NCBI GenBank assembly: GCA_000004695.1
Contig: CM000151.3
Location: 4,640,001-4,704,000, forward strand
DNA length: 64,000 nucleotides
Direction: 5' to 3'
From: Dictyostelium discoideum
Lineage: Eukaryota
Below are positions 39,939 through 54,490 of this stretch, piece by piece; the first letter of the stretch is position 1, and every line of letters starts with the position of its first letter. Position numbers and translations under genes: made by a program. A model generated the notes under the pieces. The model was not told the origin of the DNA. It searched no databases and saw only the letters and a program-made list of their open reading frames with translations.

Positions 39939-40775
39939 TACATTATTTACAATTGGTTTATTTAAAGTGCTATTATTGAACAACTTTTTTATTGGACTAT
40001 TATTATTACTAGAAGTAAAAGTGGTGGTAGTTGTGGCCATGCTATTGGCTGATGGTGCTATATTTGCTACATTCAAAGAATTTCCTCCATTAGCATTACT
40101 ACTAACGGATTTCAAATTATTATTATTACTATTGTAGTTATTGTTATTGCTATTATTATTATTATCTGATGAATCAAAAACCAACCTCTTTTTAGAGGAG
40201 CTAGGTGCTGTACTATAATCTGTATCAATAGGGTCATCTTCAAAAATCGAACTATCATCTATATTAAATTCATTCATAATATCAAAACTATTACTCAGTC
40301 GTCTTTTTCCAATACTATTATTATTATTAATATTATTAATATTAATATTACTACCATTGTTCGTGTTTACATTATATTTATTAGGGTTGTAAAATTTATC
40401 TGCAGAAGCAAAAATGTCGTCATCATTGAAACTAAACAAATTATTTTGTTGTTGTTGTTGTTGTTGTTGTTGATGTTCTTGTGGTGGAGTGGCAGGTACT
40501 GTTTGTTTATTTTGGTGATTATATAATTCCACATCACTCTCTGTATTGAACCATTTTGAAAATTGACAATCGAGAACTTTACATTTAAAATAAATTCTAT
40601 CTTTATCTTTTCCTGATGAAGGTTGTATTCTTCTACAATATCCAAAATGTGTTGGACATTTAAGTTTGGATACTTTGCTATTATTGTTTACATTATTATT
40701 GTTATTATTATTATTGTTGTTACTATTATTACTATTCGCTGTTGAAGTATTGGTTGTAGTTATAATTGTTGACAT
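36573..40775 (-). CDS. SMARCAL1/HARP-like SNF2-family annealing helicase with an N-terminal GRF-type zinc finger and an (SPT)9 repeat
   Basis: Helicase core LLPFQMKSLSFCTQQLSGKCLIGDEMGLGKTIQALAISSYYRSEWPLLIICPSSLRLSW...ICDESHYMKNSEAKR...ILLTGTPALSRPVELFPQ...GLRYCNAFKGIYGWDYTGNSHLQEL...MIRRLK...FLVFAHH...GYIRIDGST...QAEDRIHRIGQ is collinear with human SMARCAL1. A HARP-like segment (TRFEKEEIWKFPKSEYQNLVTMLQ) precedes it. N-terminal CPTHFGYCRRIQPSSGKDKDRIYFKCKVLDCQFSKW looks like a GRF zinc finger. Confidence 0.85.
39642..39729. repeat. 9-bp tandem repeat (ggtgaagtt) x~9, encoding (SPT)n on the minus strand within the SMARCAL1-like CDS
   Basis: gttggtgaagttggtgaagttggtgaag...; the protein reads SPTSPTSPTSPTSPTSPTSPTSPT. 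Confidence 0.9.
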
Positions 40776-41339
40776 TATTTATTATTCATCGTTTAATTTT
40801 TTTTTTTTTTTTTTTCTTTCTTTCTTTTTATTTTTATTTTGAGTATTGTTTTTATTATTTATTATTATTAGTTGAACCACTAAAAAAGTATATATGATAA
40901 AATTAAAAAAAAAAAATAAAAAATAAAAAATAAAAAATAAAAAATAAAAAATAGAAAAAAAATTCTTGTAAAATGTGTAATTATAAAAATAAATGAAATA
41001 AAAAAAATAAAAATAAAAAAAATCTTTATTTAATAAAAGAGTATATATATATATATATAAAAATATATAAATATAAATAAATTAAAAAAAATTTATCTTT
41101 TTTTTTAAGAAAATTAAGCGCCAAACGTTTTAATTCTAATTCTTTCCCCTTTTAGTTTTTAATAAAAAAAAAATTAAGAAAAAAATAAAAATAAAAAAAA
41201 AAAAATAAAAAAAAATTAAAATTCATTTTCGCAAAAAAAACCTTCGAATTTTTATTTTTTTTTAATTTTTTTATTTTTTTTTATAATTTTTTTATATATT
41301 CAAAATACAGAGAAATATTTTGTTTAAACATTTTAATTT
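40776..41339. promoter_or_regulatory. Putative bidirectional promoter region between the SMARCAL1-like and senataxin-like helicase genes (head-to-head)
   Basis: A 564-bp AT-rich spacer separates the ATG at 40775 (minus) from the ATG at 41340 (plus). Confidence 0.3.
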
Positions 41340-44300
41340 ATGACTACAATAGTAGCACCTCCAATAAAATCAATTACTTCAATCGATAATGATGATAACG
41401 TTGATGGTGTTATTGAAAAGTCAGTCAAAAAACCAGTATCTTTAACATTTGATCAAATCATTGATAGATTTTATAAACATATTTTAACATGGGATGCATC
41501 AGATTTATCACCAAAGGTATGTATTTATAAAATAGATAAAACAAATAATAATAATTTCAACAATGGGTGTATACTATAGTATTGGTACTAATACTACTAC
41601 TACTGTATTTATTAATAATAATAATTTTTTTTTTTTTTTAGGAAAAAGAATTAAAACCAGTAAAAGTATCATTTAATAATGAAGAGGATTATATAACAAC
41701 CTATGAACCATTGCTTTTTGAAGAATGTAGAGCACAACTTGAAAGATCAATTGAAGAAGGTGAAAAAGATGATACATCAGAACCTACTTTATCAAGAGTA
41801 CGTTATATTTCAGAAGTAAATGATTTTTTGGTTGTTGGATTAGTAATGGCAGAAAATGTAAATATATTTCAATTTCATGATAATGATTTAATTATGATAT
41901 CACTTCATCATCCTTTAATTGTTTTTGGTATGGATGAAGATGAAGAAATGACTGATGATGAAGATACTGCACCAACTTCTGCTGCAACTCATGTTGGTGC
42001 ACCAACAAAATCAACTACTACAACTACAACAACTACAACAACAACTACTACTACAACTACTACAGCAACTACAAATATAATTGATGATCCAAATAAAACA
42101 ACAGAAGATATAAAGAAAAAGAAAAAGGTTATTCCACCATCAAAAACACCAATAACAGAACAAAATAGAACTTTACATTTAATTGGTACAGTTGAACATT
42201 TAGATAATGGTGGTATAAAGGTTAAATTCTATGTAAAAGGTATTAAAGGTGATCGTGCAAGACAAGTTAGTTTATTATTACGTTATGAAATTGATTGGTG
42301 GACAACTAAATTATGTAATCTTTCAACATTGCAAAGAGAGTTTGCTGCATTGTATCAATGTTCACAATCAAATTTTATGAAGACACTTATGATGAGAGAT
42401 GATGATGGTGAGGATGGTATAGTAATGAAGATTCCACCATTGTTACATGATCAATTCTCTTCAACCTATAATGACAGTCAATTGAATGCACTCACCAGTG
42501 CATTGGAAGGTAATGCAATCACATTGATTCAAGGTCCACCTGGTACGGGTAAAACCCATGTAATTCTCGGTCTCATTAGTGTATTACTTCATTCAACAAT
42601 TGTTCCAAAGGTTAAAAGTGGTGGTAATAATTTAGGTGATCATTTACTAAAGGACAGAGAATTAAGTATGGCAGAGAAGCGTGACCTATGGAATATTTCA
42701 CAACCATGGTTCAATAAGGAATTCCCTCACATTAGAGATAATTATGAATTGATTGATTACGATTTCGAAGAACGTGATCAAAAGAGAAAGAGAGATCTTT
42801 GGAGAAAACTTAGAGATACAGGTTCAGTGAAGGGTGGCTCAACCAAACGTAGAATCTTACTATGTGCACCAAGTAATGGTGCTGTCGATGAAATTGTCTC
42901 TCGTTTAATTCGTGATGGACTTTTGAATGCCGATGGAAGAAAGTACAATCCAAATTTGGTTCGTGTTGGTCCTGGTTCACATAGCGATGTGGAGAGTGTT
43001 TCATTGGATTATATGGTTAGATGTCGTCAACAATTAATGAACTCAAATTCTGCTATACCTTCTTCATCCGCTTCGACAGCCGCTGCAACAAGTGGTTCAA
43101 GTCGTTCCACTCAAGATACTTCCTCGATTAGAACGTTGGTTTTGGATGAAGCTGATATTGTCGCCACAACATTATCATTTAGTGGTGCATCATTGTTGAC
43201 AAAGATGGCAGGTGGTTTCGATATTGTAATCATTGATGAGGCTGCACAAGCCGTAGAAACCTCGACATTAATTCCCATTCAACATGGTTGTAAAAAGGTG
43301 GTGTTGGTTGGTGATCCAAAACAATTGCCTGCCACTATTATCTCGCCATTGGCTATCAAGTATAAATATGATCAATCGTTATTCCAACGTTTACAAGAGA
43401 AGAATTCACCACATATGTTGACCACACAATATCGTATGCATTCATTGATTCGTGCATTCCCCTCACGTCATTTCTATCAAGATCTCTTATTGGATGGTCC
43501 AAACATTCCATCAAGAGCTACACACTATCATTCAAATCCTTTCTTTGGTCCATTGGTATTCTATGATCTATCATGGAGTACTGAAACCAAACCCGGTGGT
43601 GGTTCAGTTTTCAATGAGCATGAATGTAAGATGGCTATGTATCTATTCCAATTGTTTACCAAAGTTTATCCTGATGAAGATTTTGCAAGTCGTATTGGTA
43701 TCATTTCACCATATCGTCAACAGGTTTTAGCATTACGTGAAATCTTTAAAAACTATCCTGGTATCTCTATTGATACCGTAGATGGTTTCCAAGGTAGAGA
43801 GAGAGAAATCATCATTTTCAGTTGTGTTAGAGCACCAGTTGAAGAGGGTGCAGGTATTGGTTTTCTTTCAGATGTTCGTCGTATGAATGTAGCTTTAACA
43901 CGTCCAAGATCATCTCTATTGATCCTTGGTAATACTAAAGCATTAAGTATCAACAAAGATTGGAATGAATTAATTCAACATACTCAAAACAATCAACAAT
44001 TAATTCCTGTTACCAAAGATCAACCATTAGAAATTATCATACCAACTTTTACAACTCGTGAATTATTTACCGAACTCTCTGAAAAAGGTCAACAAATTGT
44101 AATTCCAAAACCAAGAACTGAAGAAGAAATTAATCTTCAAAAACAAAAAGATATTGAAAAAAGAAAGAAACAACATAAAAGACAAAAACAAAAATCAAAA
44201 GAAAATGATAAAAAGAAACAATTAAAAAAAAGAAAAGAATTAAATAATAATGATAATAATAATAATAATAAAGAAAGTAGTAATAAAGAAGTTCAAGAAA

Positions 44301-44368
44301 TTACTAATGCAGAAGTTGTTAAAGACACTGAAATAAATAATACTAAAAGGGCTAGAACAAGAAGATAA
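41340..44368 (+). CDS. Senataxin/Sen1-type UPF1-like superfamily-1 helicase, ~967 aa. CDS join(41340..41516, 41642..44368).
   Basis: Exon 1 MTTIVAPP...WDASDLSPK (donor GTATGT); acceptor ttttttag. Exon 2 EKELKPVKVSFNNEEDYITTYEPLLFEECRAQLERS.... Motifs: LIQGPPGTGKTHVILGLIS (Walker A), LLCAPSNGAVDEIVSRL, IIDEAAQAVE (DEAA box), VLVGDPKQLP, TTQYRMHSLI, VDGFQGREREIIIFSCVRA, FLSDVRRMNVALTRPRSSLLILGN. Confidence 0.8.
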
Positions 44369-44467
44369 TAAAAAAATAAAATAAAAATAAAAAATAAAAA
44401 AAATATTTAAAATCAACTATTTTTTGCTTTTACTAAAAAAAAAAAAAATTTTTTATTTTTTTTGTAT

Positions 44468-44506
<39 letters not shown>

Positions 44507-44531
44507 TTAAAATAATCAATATTTAATTTTA

Positions 44532-45313
44532 TTATTTTTCCTGAACTGGTAAATATAAAGATGGTAAAGTTGGACAAATATCAATATTTTGACAAATTAA
44601 TGATGGTGATTCACTATTATTAATTAAATCAATAACGATTGGAGTATTTTGTAAAACTAAAATTTGACATGTTAAAACCAAATCTTTTGAATCAAGGAGT
44701 TCACATTCCTCATCTAAATATGATATAATCTCTTTCTCTGTAGAGTTTGTTTGTTGGAGATAGTATTCTACCTTTTTGGTTAAATGTTTACAAAATGTAC
44801 ATCCTGAATTCTCTGCTTCTAAATCATTATTATTATTATTATTATTGACTATTAAATTATTAAATTCATATTTATTTACTTTTTTACATAATCCCAACAT
44901 ATTACAAATTTTTGATGGATGTTCTGAATTTCTTATAAGTTTGATTATTAAATCACCATTACACTATTTTTTTAAAAAAAAAAAAAATAATAATCATAAA
45001 ATTGTAAGAAAAAAGTAAAAAAAAAAAAAACTAATATGAAAAAGGGTATTGATTTACATACAAAATCAATCCATTTATCTGGAAGTAAAATATAAGAAGT
45101 TTCAAATTCATTCATTATATAATTTTTTGGTTTTTGTTGTAGTATTAATTCTTTAATATATGATATTAGGAAATTACAATGCTCACATTCCGTCATTTTC
45201 TGTTGTTGTTTGATTGATTTTTGTTGGATTGAATTTTGTTGTTTATTTCCAAAACTAATACCAATAAAACCATTTAATATTAATAATAAACAAACTAAAA
45301 AAATTAATTTCAA
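44532..45313 (-). CDS. Saposin-like (amoebapore-like) secreted protein, two exons (approximate structure)
   Basis: Signal peptide MKLIFLVCLLLILNGFIGISFG. Exon 1 reads ...CEHCNFLISYIKEL...DKWIDF (donor GTATGT). Exon 2 holds a canonical saposin B domain: CTFC-x28-C-x11-C-x24-C-x5-C (CTFCKHLTKKVEYYLQQ...CELLDSKDLVLTCQILV...LICQNIDIC). The first domain is atypical, with only five Cys as spliced here. Confidence 0.5.
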
Positions 45314-45315
45314 TT

Positions 45316-45349
<34 letters not shown>

Positions 45350-46285
45350 CTTTAAAGAAAAAACAAGAACAAAAAAATGGAAATTAATTACTTTATATAC
45401 TGTAAAACAAACAAAAAAAAAAATTAATAATTATAGAAAAAAAATGTGAAAATAAAAAAAAAAAGAAAATTTTTAAAGGTTAATTTTTGTTTATTTTATT
45501 TTGTTCATTGGGGTTTATTTTTGTTTCAGATTTAATTTTATAACACTTTTTAAATAAAAAAAAAATTAATAAAAAAATAAAAAAACAAAATAAAACAAAA
45601 CAAAACAACAAAATAAAATAAAATAAAATAAAATGAAACAATATAAAACAAAATAAATCAAAAATAAATCAAACAAAACTAAACATAAAAAAATAAAATA
45701 ATAGAGCACTCAAAAATGCATAAAATGATATAAAAAAATAAAAATAATGAAAGTATTTTTTGGGGATTTACATAAAATAAAAGATTTTTTATTATAATTT
45801 GATAAGAAAACATTTATAAAGATCTTTATAAATTTAATATTAGCATATCACCTAATAGAGAAGTTGTCAAAGCAGTATTTGGTTTGGTTCGTGTTGTTAT
45901 TGCAACCTTTAAAGATACCAAATGTTGAACATTAACACAATAATTTATATAAATGATTTATTAATTAAATTAAATTAGTTAAAAATACTAGCCTAAATTA
46001 TTGCTCATGTTTTATCGGAATCTTGTAATAGAAAAATATAATAAAATTAAATAAATAAATAGATATAAATAAAAATAAAGTAATAAGTTGATGCTATTAT
46101 CGAAAATATCTAAAATTTATTATGAATATTTTTTACTATTGAAAATTTTTATACTTGAGATTTAAAATTATGTTTATGAGTTTTTCAATCGACATTAAAA
46201 ACTCACCACGTGGCTTTTTCCCACATAGGTGAGAAAAGTCTAATTTTTTTCAAAATAAATATTTTGGTGAATAATTTCAAAAATC

Positions 46286-47921
46286 TTAATCTTTATCTTC
46301 TGCCTTATATTTTTTAATTGGTGTTTGAAATACTTCGTTTGAAATTTCATGAGTATTTTTTGTTGGTTGTGGTGATGTTTCTTCTTTTTCTTTACGAGTT
46401 TTACTACGAGTTAATGGTGGTTGTGGTTGTGGTTTACCAGTTTGTGGTGGTAGTTGTATTTGTTTAACAGTTTGTGGTGGTGGATCTTTTGTTCGTCCTT
46501 CATCTATTAAAGTTTGGTACATTTCATTGCTGACAGCATCAATATCTAGTGGATCTATAGGATCTACAGATGAAAGGTCTATAAATACAACGACTCTATC
46601 ATTGTTGGGGGTAGAATGTCTAGCAACATGTCTTCTCTTAAGGTCTAAATGCTTGTAGCCAGCTCTCGCAAATCTAAGACAGGCTAATTCGACGAGTTTT
46701 AAAAATCTATGGTCTTTCCAATCATCTTCATCCTCATCAACAATTTTCAAGAATGGCATCAGTAAACATTGGTAATTATTCATAGAAACTGAAAGAGTTG
46801 TTATATCCCATGCATTCTTCCAGATAACTGTTTCTTTTTCTACTTTCTCTTTGGTAAAAGTATTATTGAAGAATTTGACTACAGTTAAATTCCTGTTTAC
46901 TGTTGTCTCTTTCCAAACATAACCATCTCTACCGCTGCCCAATCTAGAAATCAAAACTTATTTTTCTAAATCTTTAGTATCTTTAGAGAAATTTACCATT
47001 TCTTTGAGATCTGATTTAATTGTATATCTATCGAGATTCACCCAACGTGAACCTGTACTATCTATAACTTGATAAGATTTTAATGAACTAGAGGTTTCTA
47101 ATGCATCAATTAAACAAGCTTTCATTTTAAAAATGGCTGTACACAAGACATTGATTAAATCTGGGTCATTATGATGATAAACTCTTGAACAACATAATTC
47201 TCTTTTAAGATTAGAGTCACTTTCAAGAAGTGATTTTAAACTAGTTGATGGAGATTCAATTCTATTTGGTATTTTATTTCTATTTTCTTCTGGTAGTTTT
47301 TGCATTTGTTGTTTGCCACAATTTATTTCAATATCTTTAAATTTATCCAATTGATCAGCACCCATAGTCCATACTATTTTAAAAGAATTGTAAGTTGAAA
47401 AAATACCAAATACATGCTCAAGTGAAGAGCAGTTCTTAACCATCATGAGATAGTCAAAACATTGGCCCATAGCTTCGCTTGAATCCATAGCTCTCATTTC
47501 CTGAGTAGATATTTACAATCGATGGAAGTTTAACTTGTACAAAACCAATAGGTCGATCTACCATGCATATTAAAATAAAATCTGGAATCATACCGGATAT
47601 ACCTTTTTGTTTTTTCAATATGATATGGCTTTCCATTCCTGTTAAATATATAATATCACAAAGTAATCCATGGATCTTTTCGGATATGTCCATTTCATTT
47701 TCAAAATGGTATGGATCATCTGTTTGTAACAATTCCAAACCAAAATGTGTGTATAATTTTGATGCTTTTTTATGATCAGCAATATGTTTAATATGTTTTT
47801 TAAATTTGTTAAAATACCAAATTCTTTTGTATGGCATCACAAATTTTATGATGACTTGTTGATAATCTACCACGTATAGCTGGAATGCAACCTCTTTCAT
47901 ATAAAGATATAAAAAATACAA
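46286..47921 (-). pseudogene. Frameshifted, GC-shifted gene remnant encoding an atypical protein-kinase-like fold; three consecutive ORFs in three frames
   Basis: ORFs 47921..47454, 47497..46958 and 46954..46286 abut or overlap in different frames. ORF 46954..46286 has LGSGRDGYVWKETTVNRNLTVVKFF (G-loop plus VAIK-like lysine), YKHLDLKRRHV (HxDxK catalytic-loop-like) and VVFIDLS (DFG-like). GC content is ~35% against ~22-25% in the surrounding sequence. Codons agg, gag and aca are used where the host prefers aga, gaa and act. A 15-bp tandem repeat (tcttctgctttttct) lies just 5' at 48060-48130. Confidence 0.45.
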
Positions 47922-49181
47922 AAAAGAAAAGTAAACTGGTTAGATTATGTTGTTGAATTGCGTTCCGTTTAACGGCTATATAGATAAATACTTTTTAAAG
48001 AAACCTTCATTTCTTGTTGTTGTTGTTGTTGTTTCTCATTTTGTAATTTTAATGTTTCTTCTTCTTGCTTTTTTCTTCTGCTTTTTCTTCTGCTTTTTCT
48101 TGTGCTTGTTGTATTTTTTCTTCTGCTTTTTCTTGCATCTTTTTTATTTTCTCTTCTTTAATATATGTATTATTATTTATTTTTTTGATTACTTTTTTTT
48201 TTTTTAAAAAAATCAATAAAAATTTATTGTTGATTTTTCCAGAATATTATGATGTGTTTATAGAAAATTCTCTATTTAAAAATCTAAAAAAATCTTATAA
48301 AAAATTATAAAAACTTTAATTTTTAAGTAAAATTGATTATCTTTGGAAGATTAAAGGTCATTCTTTAAAATAAAAATAAATTCGAATAAAATAATAAAAA
48401 TAAACTTAAATTTTGGAAATACTGTTCTTTTTTTATTATTTGTTGAAATTTTATTTGAGGGGAGGGGTATACTCAATTAGATTTTTTAAAAATTCTCCAA
48501 ACTCAATGAGTGTATTTGATTTTGTAATATAACTGGCAGTGAATGTTATTGACCATCAAAAGAAATTACATTCCAAAAAAAGAAAGTTCTCCAATGGTGA
48601 AAGCCCCTGAGGGTATACCAATACGATAAAATTTTCTATTAATGATGTCCACGTGGAATTAAAATAGTTTCTATAAATGTAAAATAGGATGGGTCCCTTT
48701 TTTGTATAGAATCATTTTCTTTTTCAAACGTTTTTTTATTGATTTTTGACCAATACTTAAATAATAAAATATATTTAGTAAGAAAGATAAGAAGATTTTT
48801 ACTGAAAATTTTTTATTTAAATTTTAAAATTTTTATAATTATTTTTCTTTTTTTGTCCAAAATATCTACTAAATTTTTTTTTTTTATTTTTCTATTTTTT
48901 TTTTTTATTTTATTTTATTTTTAAAAAAAAAAAAAAAAATTTTTTAATTAAACCCCTTTTTTTTTTTTTTATCATTGTTTTTTTTTTTTTTTTTTATTAT
49001 TTTTTTTTTTTTTAAATTTTTTATATTTCATATAGCAATAGAATCAAGTTTGATAAAAATACTATTATTATATAAATAAAATTATTTAAAATTTTTTATT
49101 TTTTTATTTTTTTTTTTCAGAAAAGTTTTTAATCCCGTATAAAAAAAGTAAAAAAAATAAATAAATAAAAAATCAAATAAA

Positions 49182-51451
<2,270 letters not shown>

Positions 51452-51676
51452 CTAAAAAAAATAAATAAATAATGAAAATAGTAAAAAAAAAAAAACAAAA
51501 AATAAAGAAATTGTATTAAATCAATAAATTGTTTATATTTTTTTTTTTTATTATTATCATTATTTCTTAAAAGTACATTTGATTATAGATAGGTTTTATA
51601 AATATATATATATATATAGATATGTATTACATTATTAATTATTAATTATTATTAATTATTAATTATTAATTATTAA

Positions 51677-53839
51677 CTAATTATTTAATTTAAGTTTTTC
51701 AAAAGCATTTTGTAATCTAATACGATCACCAATTGTTGAAGTTAAATGTGATAAATCAATTGAAGATAAACTTGAAAGAAGATCAAAAGTTACAAGTTCA
51801 TTTTCAAAAGTTTGAATTAAATGTGGAAGTTGATTATCTTTTAAAATGGTCCTAACTGATAAAACACGATCAATTTCAATTTTAATTGCATTATGAATTT
51901 CAGTGGTACGTGTACCAGCACCTTTTAAAACTTTTTCAAGTAAAATAGTATCTGGAATTGAAAGTAATTCATTACCAGATAAACAATATTGATAAAATTC
52001 AGGATTTGAAGTTACAACCTCTGGACAATTCATTCTAAAGTATAACCATGATAATAGATTTCTTGGTGTCCAATCTTGAATATAACGTGGAATCTTTGAC
52101 AGTTCATCCAATGGATTTGGTAGGATTACACGTTTTGGATCTGGTAATACTATATTAACCGGAAAGATTGTATATAAATCAATACAATCCAAGATATCTA
52201 AAACTGCTCTTACTTTATACTCGATTTTAATGATACCAGATTGATAAATTGAATTCAATAGAGTTTGTGGTGTTTCCATTACAACGATTTGAGTTGATTG
52301 TTGATTTTGTTGAATTTTTGGAAAGAAATTTTTTGAAACTTTTAAAACTTGTGTTGGTACACCTTTTTCGTGTTGAATTGAAATGGTGCGTTGTAATTCC
52401 AATTCAATCTTTTTAACCTTTTTTTTACTACTATTATTGACGTGAACTTGTAATTCAATATCTTCACCTGGATAATAGGAATTCTTTGGTGCCGTGATTG
52501 TCATTTCAATAGTACCACCTGTCAATGGTGATTTAGAACATTTCTCATGGATTTGTGATTGAGTCATACGATGAACTGTATCTTCGATATTTACAACGGT
52601 AATCTCTCTTTCCAATTGAATATCTGGTAGATTTACAATATCAGCATTGAATTGGAATCTATAGAGTACTTTATAGTTTCCAACACCATCGATTGAGGAA
52701 TTACAATGTTTTGGAATAAAGAATTCAAATGGGTAGATATGTTTACCAATATCCAATGCAACCTTTTGATTTTGTGAATTTGGTGAACTTGGTCCAATTG
52801 ATGTGTGTAGTAAATTTCTTAAATCTTGAATCAATTCTTTTTGTTTTTTACCACAAACTGATGTTTTACCCTTTAATGAAACGAAAAGACTTCTAACTAC
52901 AATTGGTTGATTAACATATAAAACCAATGATGCTCTAACTGGTTCACCTGTAACATATATGGTTTTTTGATAAAGATCATTTGGTAATATAAATTCTGCT
53001 TCTAATACTGTTGGATGAGTTTTCAAATAAATTGGTTCATAATAAACTGGTGGTGGTAATTGACCATTGGAACTAATTAAATTTTGTTGTTGAATTTGAT
53101 TTTGAATTATATTTGGATTACCATCTGGACTAATATGTTGTTGTAATGGATATGGTGGATTAAATTGAAATCCAACACGAACATAACCTTTTTTATCTAA
53201 ATTTAACCATTTATCAGTTTGTCCAAATGTTGCTGCTTCCCTTAATATTGCTATTGGTAATTGTACTTTACCTAAACTATCATGTTTACCAAATCTATCC
53301 CAATCTAAGCATTCAACTTCAATAATTGCATTAGGATCATTAACATTAATTATACCACTTTTTTTTTAAAAAAAATAATAAATAAAATTAATATTTTTTT
53401 ATTCTTTATTTTTATTTTTTAAAAAAAAAAAAAAAAAAAAATGTGTTTGAACACACACCAAAATAGTTTATAGAGAGTGATAAAACTATTATTAAACTTA
53501 CATATCAAATGATTGATTCCAAACTGGTGATAAAGTATTTTTAATGGTTTCAGTTTTAAAACTATTACCATTAAATTTTAATTTAACATATGGATCACTA
53601 CTCGATCCACCATTATCTGAACCTTTTAATTCTTTGCCTTCAACAATAAATAATCTTAATCCTTTATATATAAAGTTAAAATTGTATATTATTATTATTA
53701 TTATTAAGAAAAAAAAAAAAACTTTATTGCAAAAAATAATATACATGTATATATTCACTAAACAAATAAAAAAAAATAAAAAATAAAAAAATTAAAAAAA
53801 ATAATAAAAAATTATATTGCACATACCTCTGTTATCCAT
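51677..53839 (-). CDS. Arrestin-domain protein with N-terminal C2 domain and C-terminal SAM domain(s) (AdcB/AdcC-like), ~617 aa. CDS join(53839..53827, 53661..53502, 53357..51677).
   Basis: Exon 1 is 13 nt (ATGGATAACAGAG, donor GTATGT). Exon 2 GLRLFIVEGKELKGSDNGGSSSDPYVKLKFNGNSFKTETIKNTLSPVWNQSFD (C2; donor GTAAGT). Exon 3 continues the C2 domain (GIINVNDPNAIIEVECLDWDRFGKHDSLGKVQLPI), then arrestin N/C-like sequence, then SAM-like LSWLYFRMNCPEVVTSNPEFYQYCLSGNELLSIPDTILLEKV. Confidence 0.7.
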
Positions 53840-53883
53840 TTCCAAATATACTAAATGATCTGAAAGCAAATTTTAAAAAATTT

Positions 53884-53922
<39 letters not shown>

Positions 53923-54309
53923 GGGTTTGAAAAATTAACAAGGGGTTGCCATTAACAAAAAAAAAAAAAAAAAAATTTTTGAGATTTATTAATGACAAAC
54001 ACCCCCTTTGAAAATCAAAAATATCCTTTTTTTTTTTTTTTTAAAAAAATTTTTTTTTAATTTATTTTTTTTGGTCATGGTTGGATTAAAATTTTCAACC
54101 GACCTAAAACACTCATTTTTTATTATTATCTTTTTTTTTTTTGAATTTTTTATTTGAAATCAACTCGATTTTCCACCACAAACAATTTAATAAAAAAAAA
54201 AAATTAAAAATAAATAAATGAGAAAAAAATCAAAAAAATCAAAATAATTAGAAAAACCAAAAAAAAAAAAAAAATAAAATTAAAAATAAAATTGAAAATA
54301 AAATTAAAA

Positions 54310-54359
<50 letters not shown>

Positions 54360-54414
54360 TTTAAAATTAAATAACCCAACATCTTCACAAAATCCAAATA
54401 AAAAATAAAAAATT

Positions 54415-54490
54415 GACAATTTGGGAACAAGGTTTATGTGATTGATCTTCTGGTATCAGAGTTTGTTGTATCAGTTAATTATGACCAGTA
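54415..54490 (+). pseudogene. Decayed partial duplicate of the 5' coding part of the PLAC8 gene (in-frame stops; lacks the parent's first intron)
   Basis: tgggaacaaggtttatgtgattgAtcttctggtatcagagtttgttgtatcagttaattatgaccag|taagt parallels exon1+exon2 of the gene at 56078 (tgggaacacg / gtttatgcgattgcacttcagatatcagagtttgctgtatctcttatttatggccacaag|taact). It contains TGA/TAA stops. Confidence 0.5.

Noticed and set aside
46190-48730. ccacgtgg at both borders of the GC-shifted locus as possible terminal repeats
   Set aside because: It is an 8-bp self-palindrome (E-box-like) that can recur by chance. No longer terminal repeats were seen.
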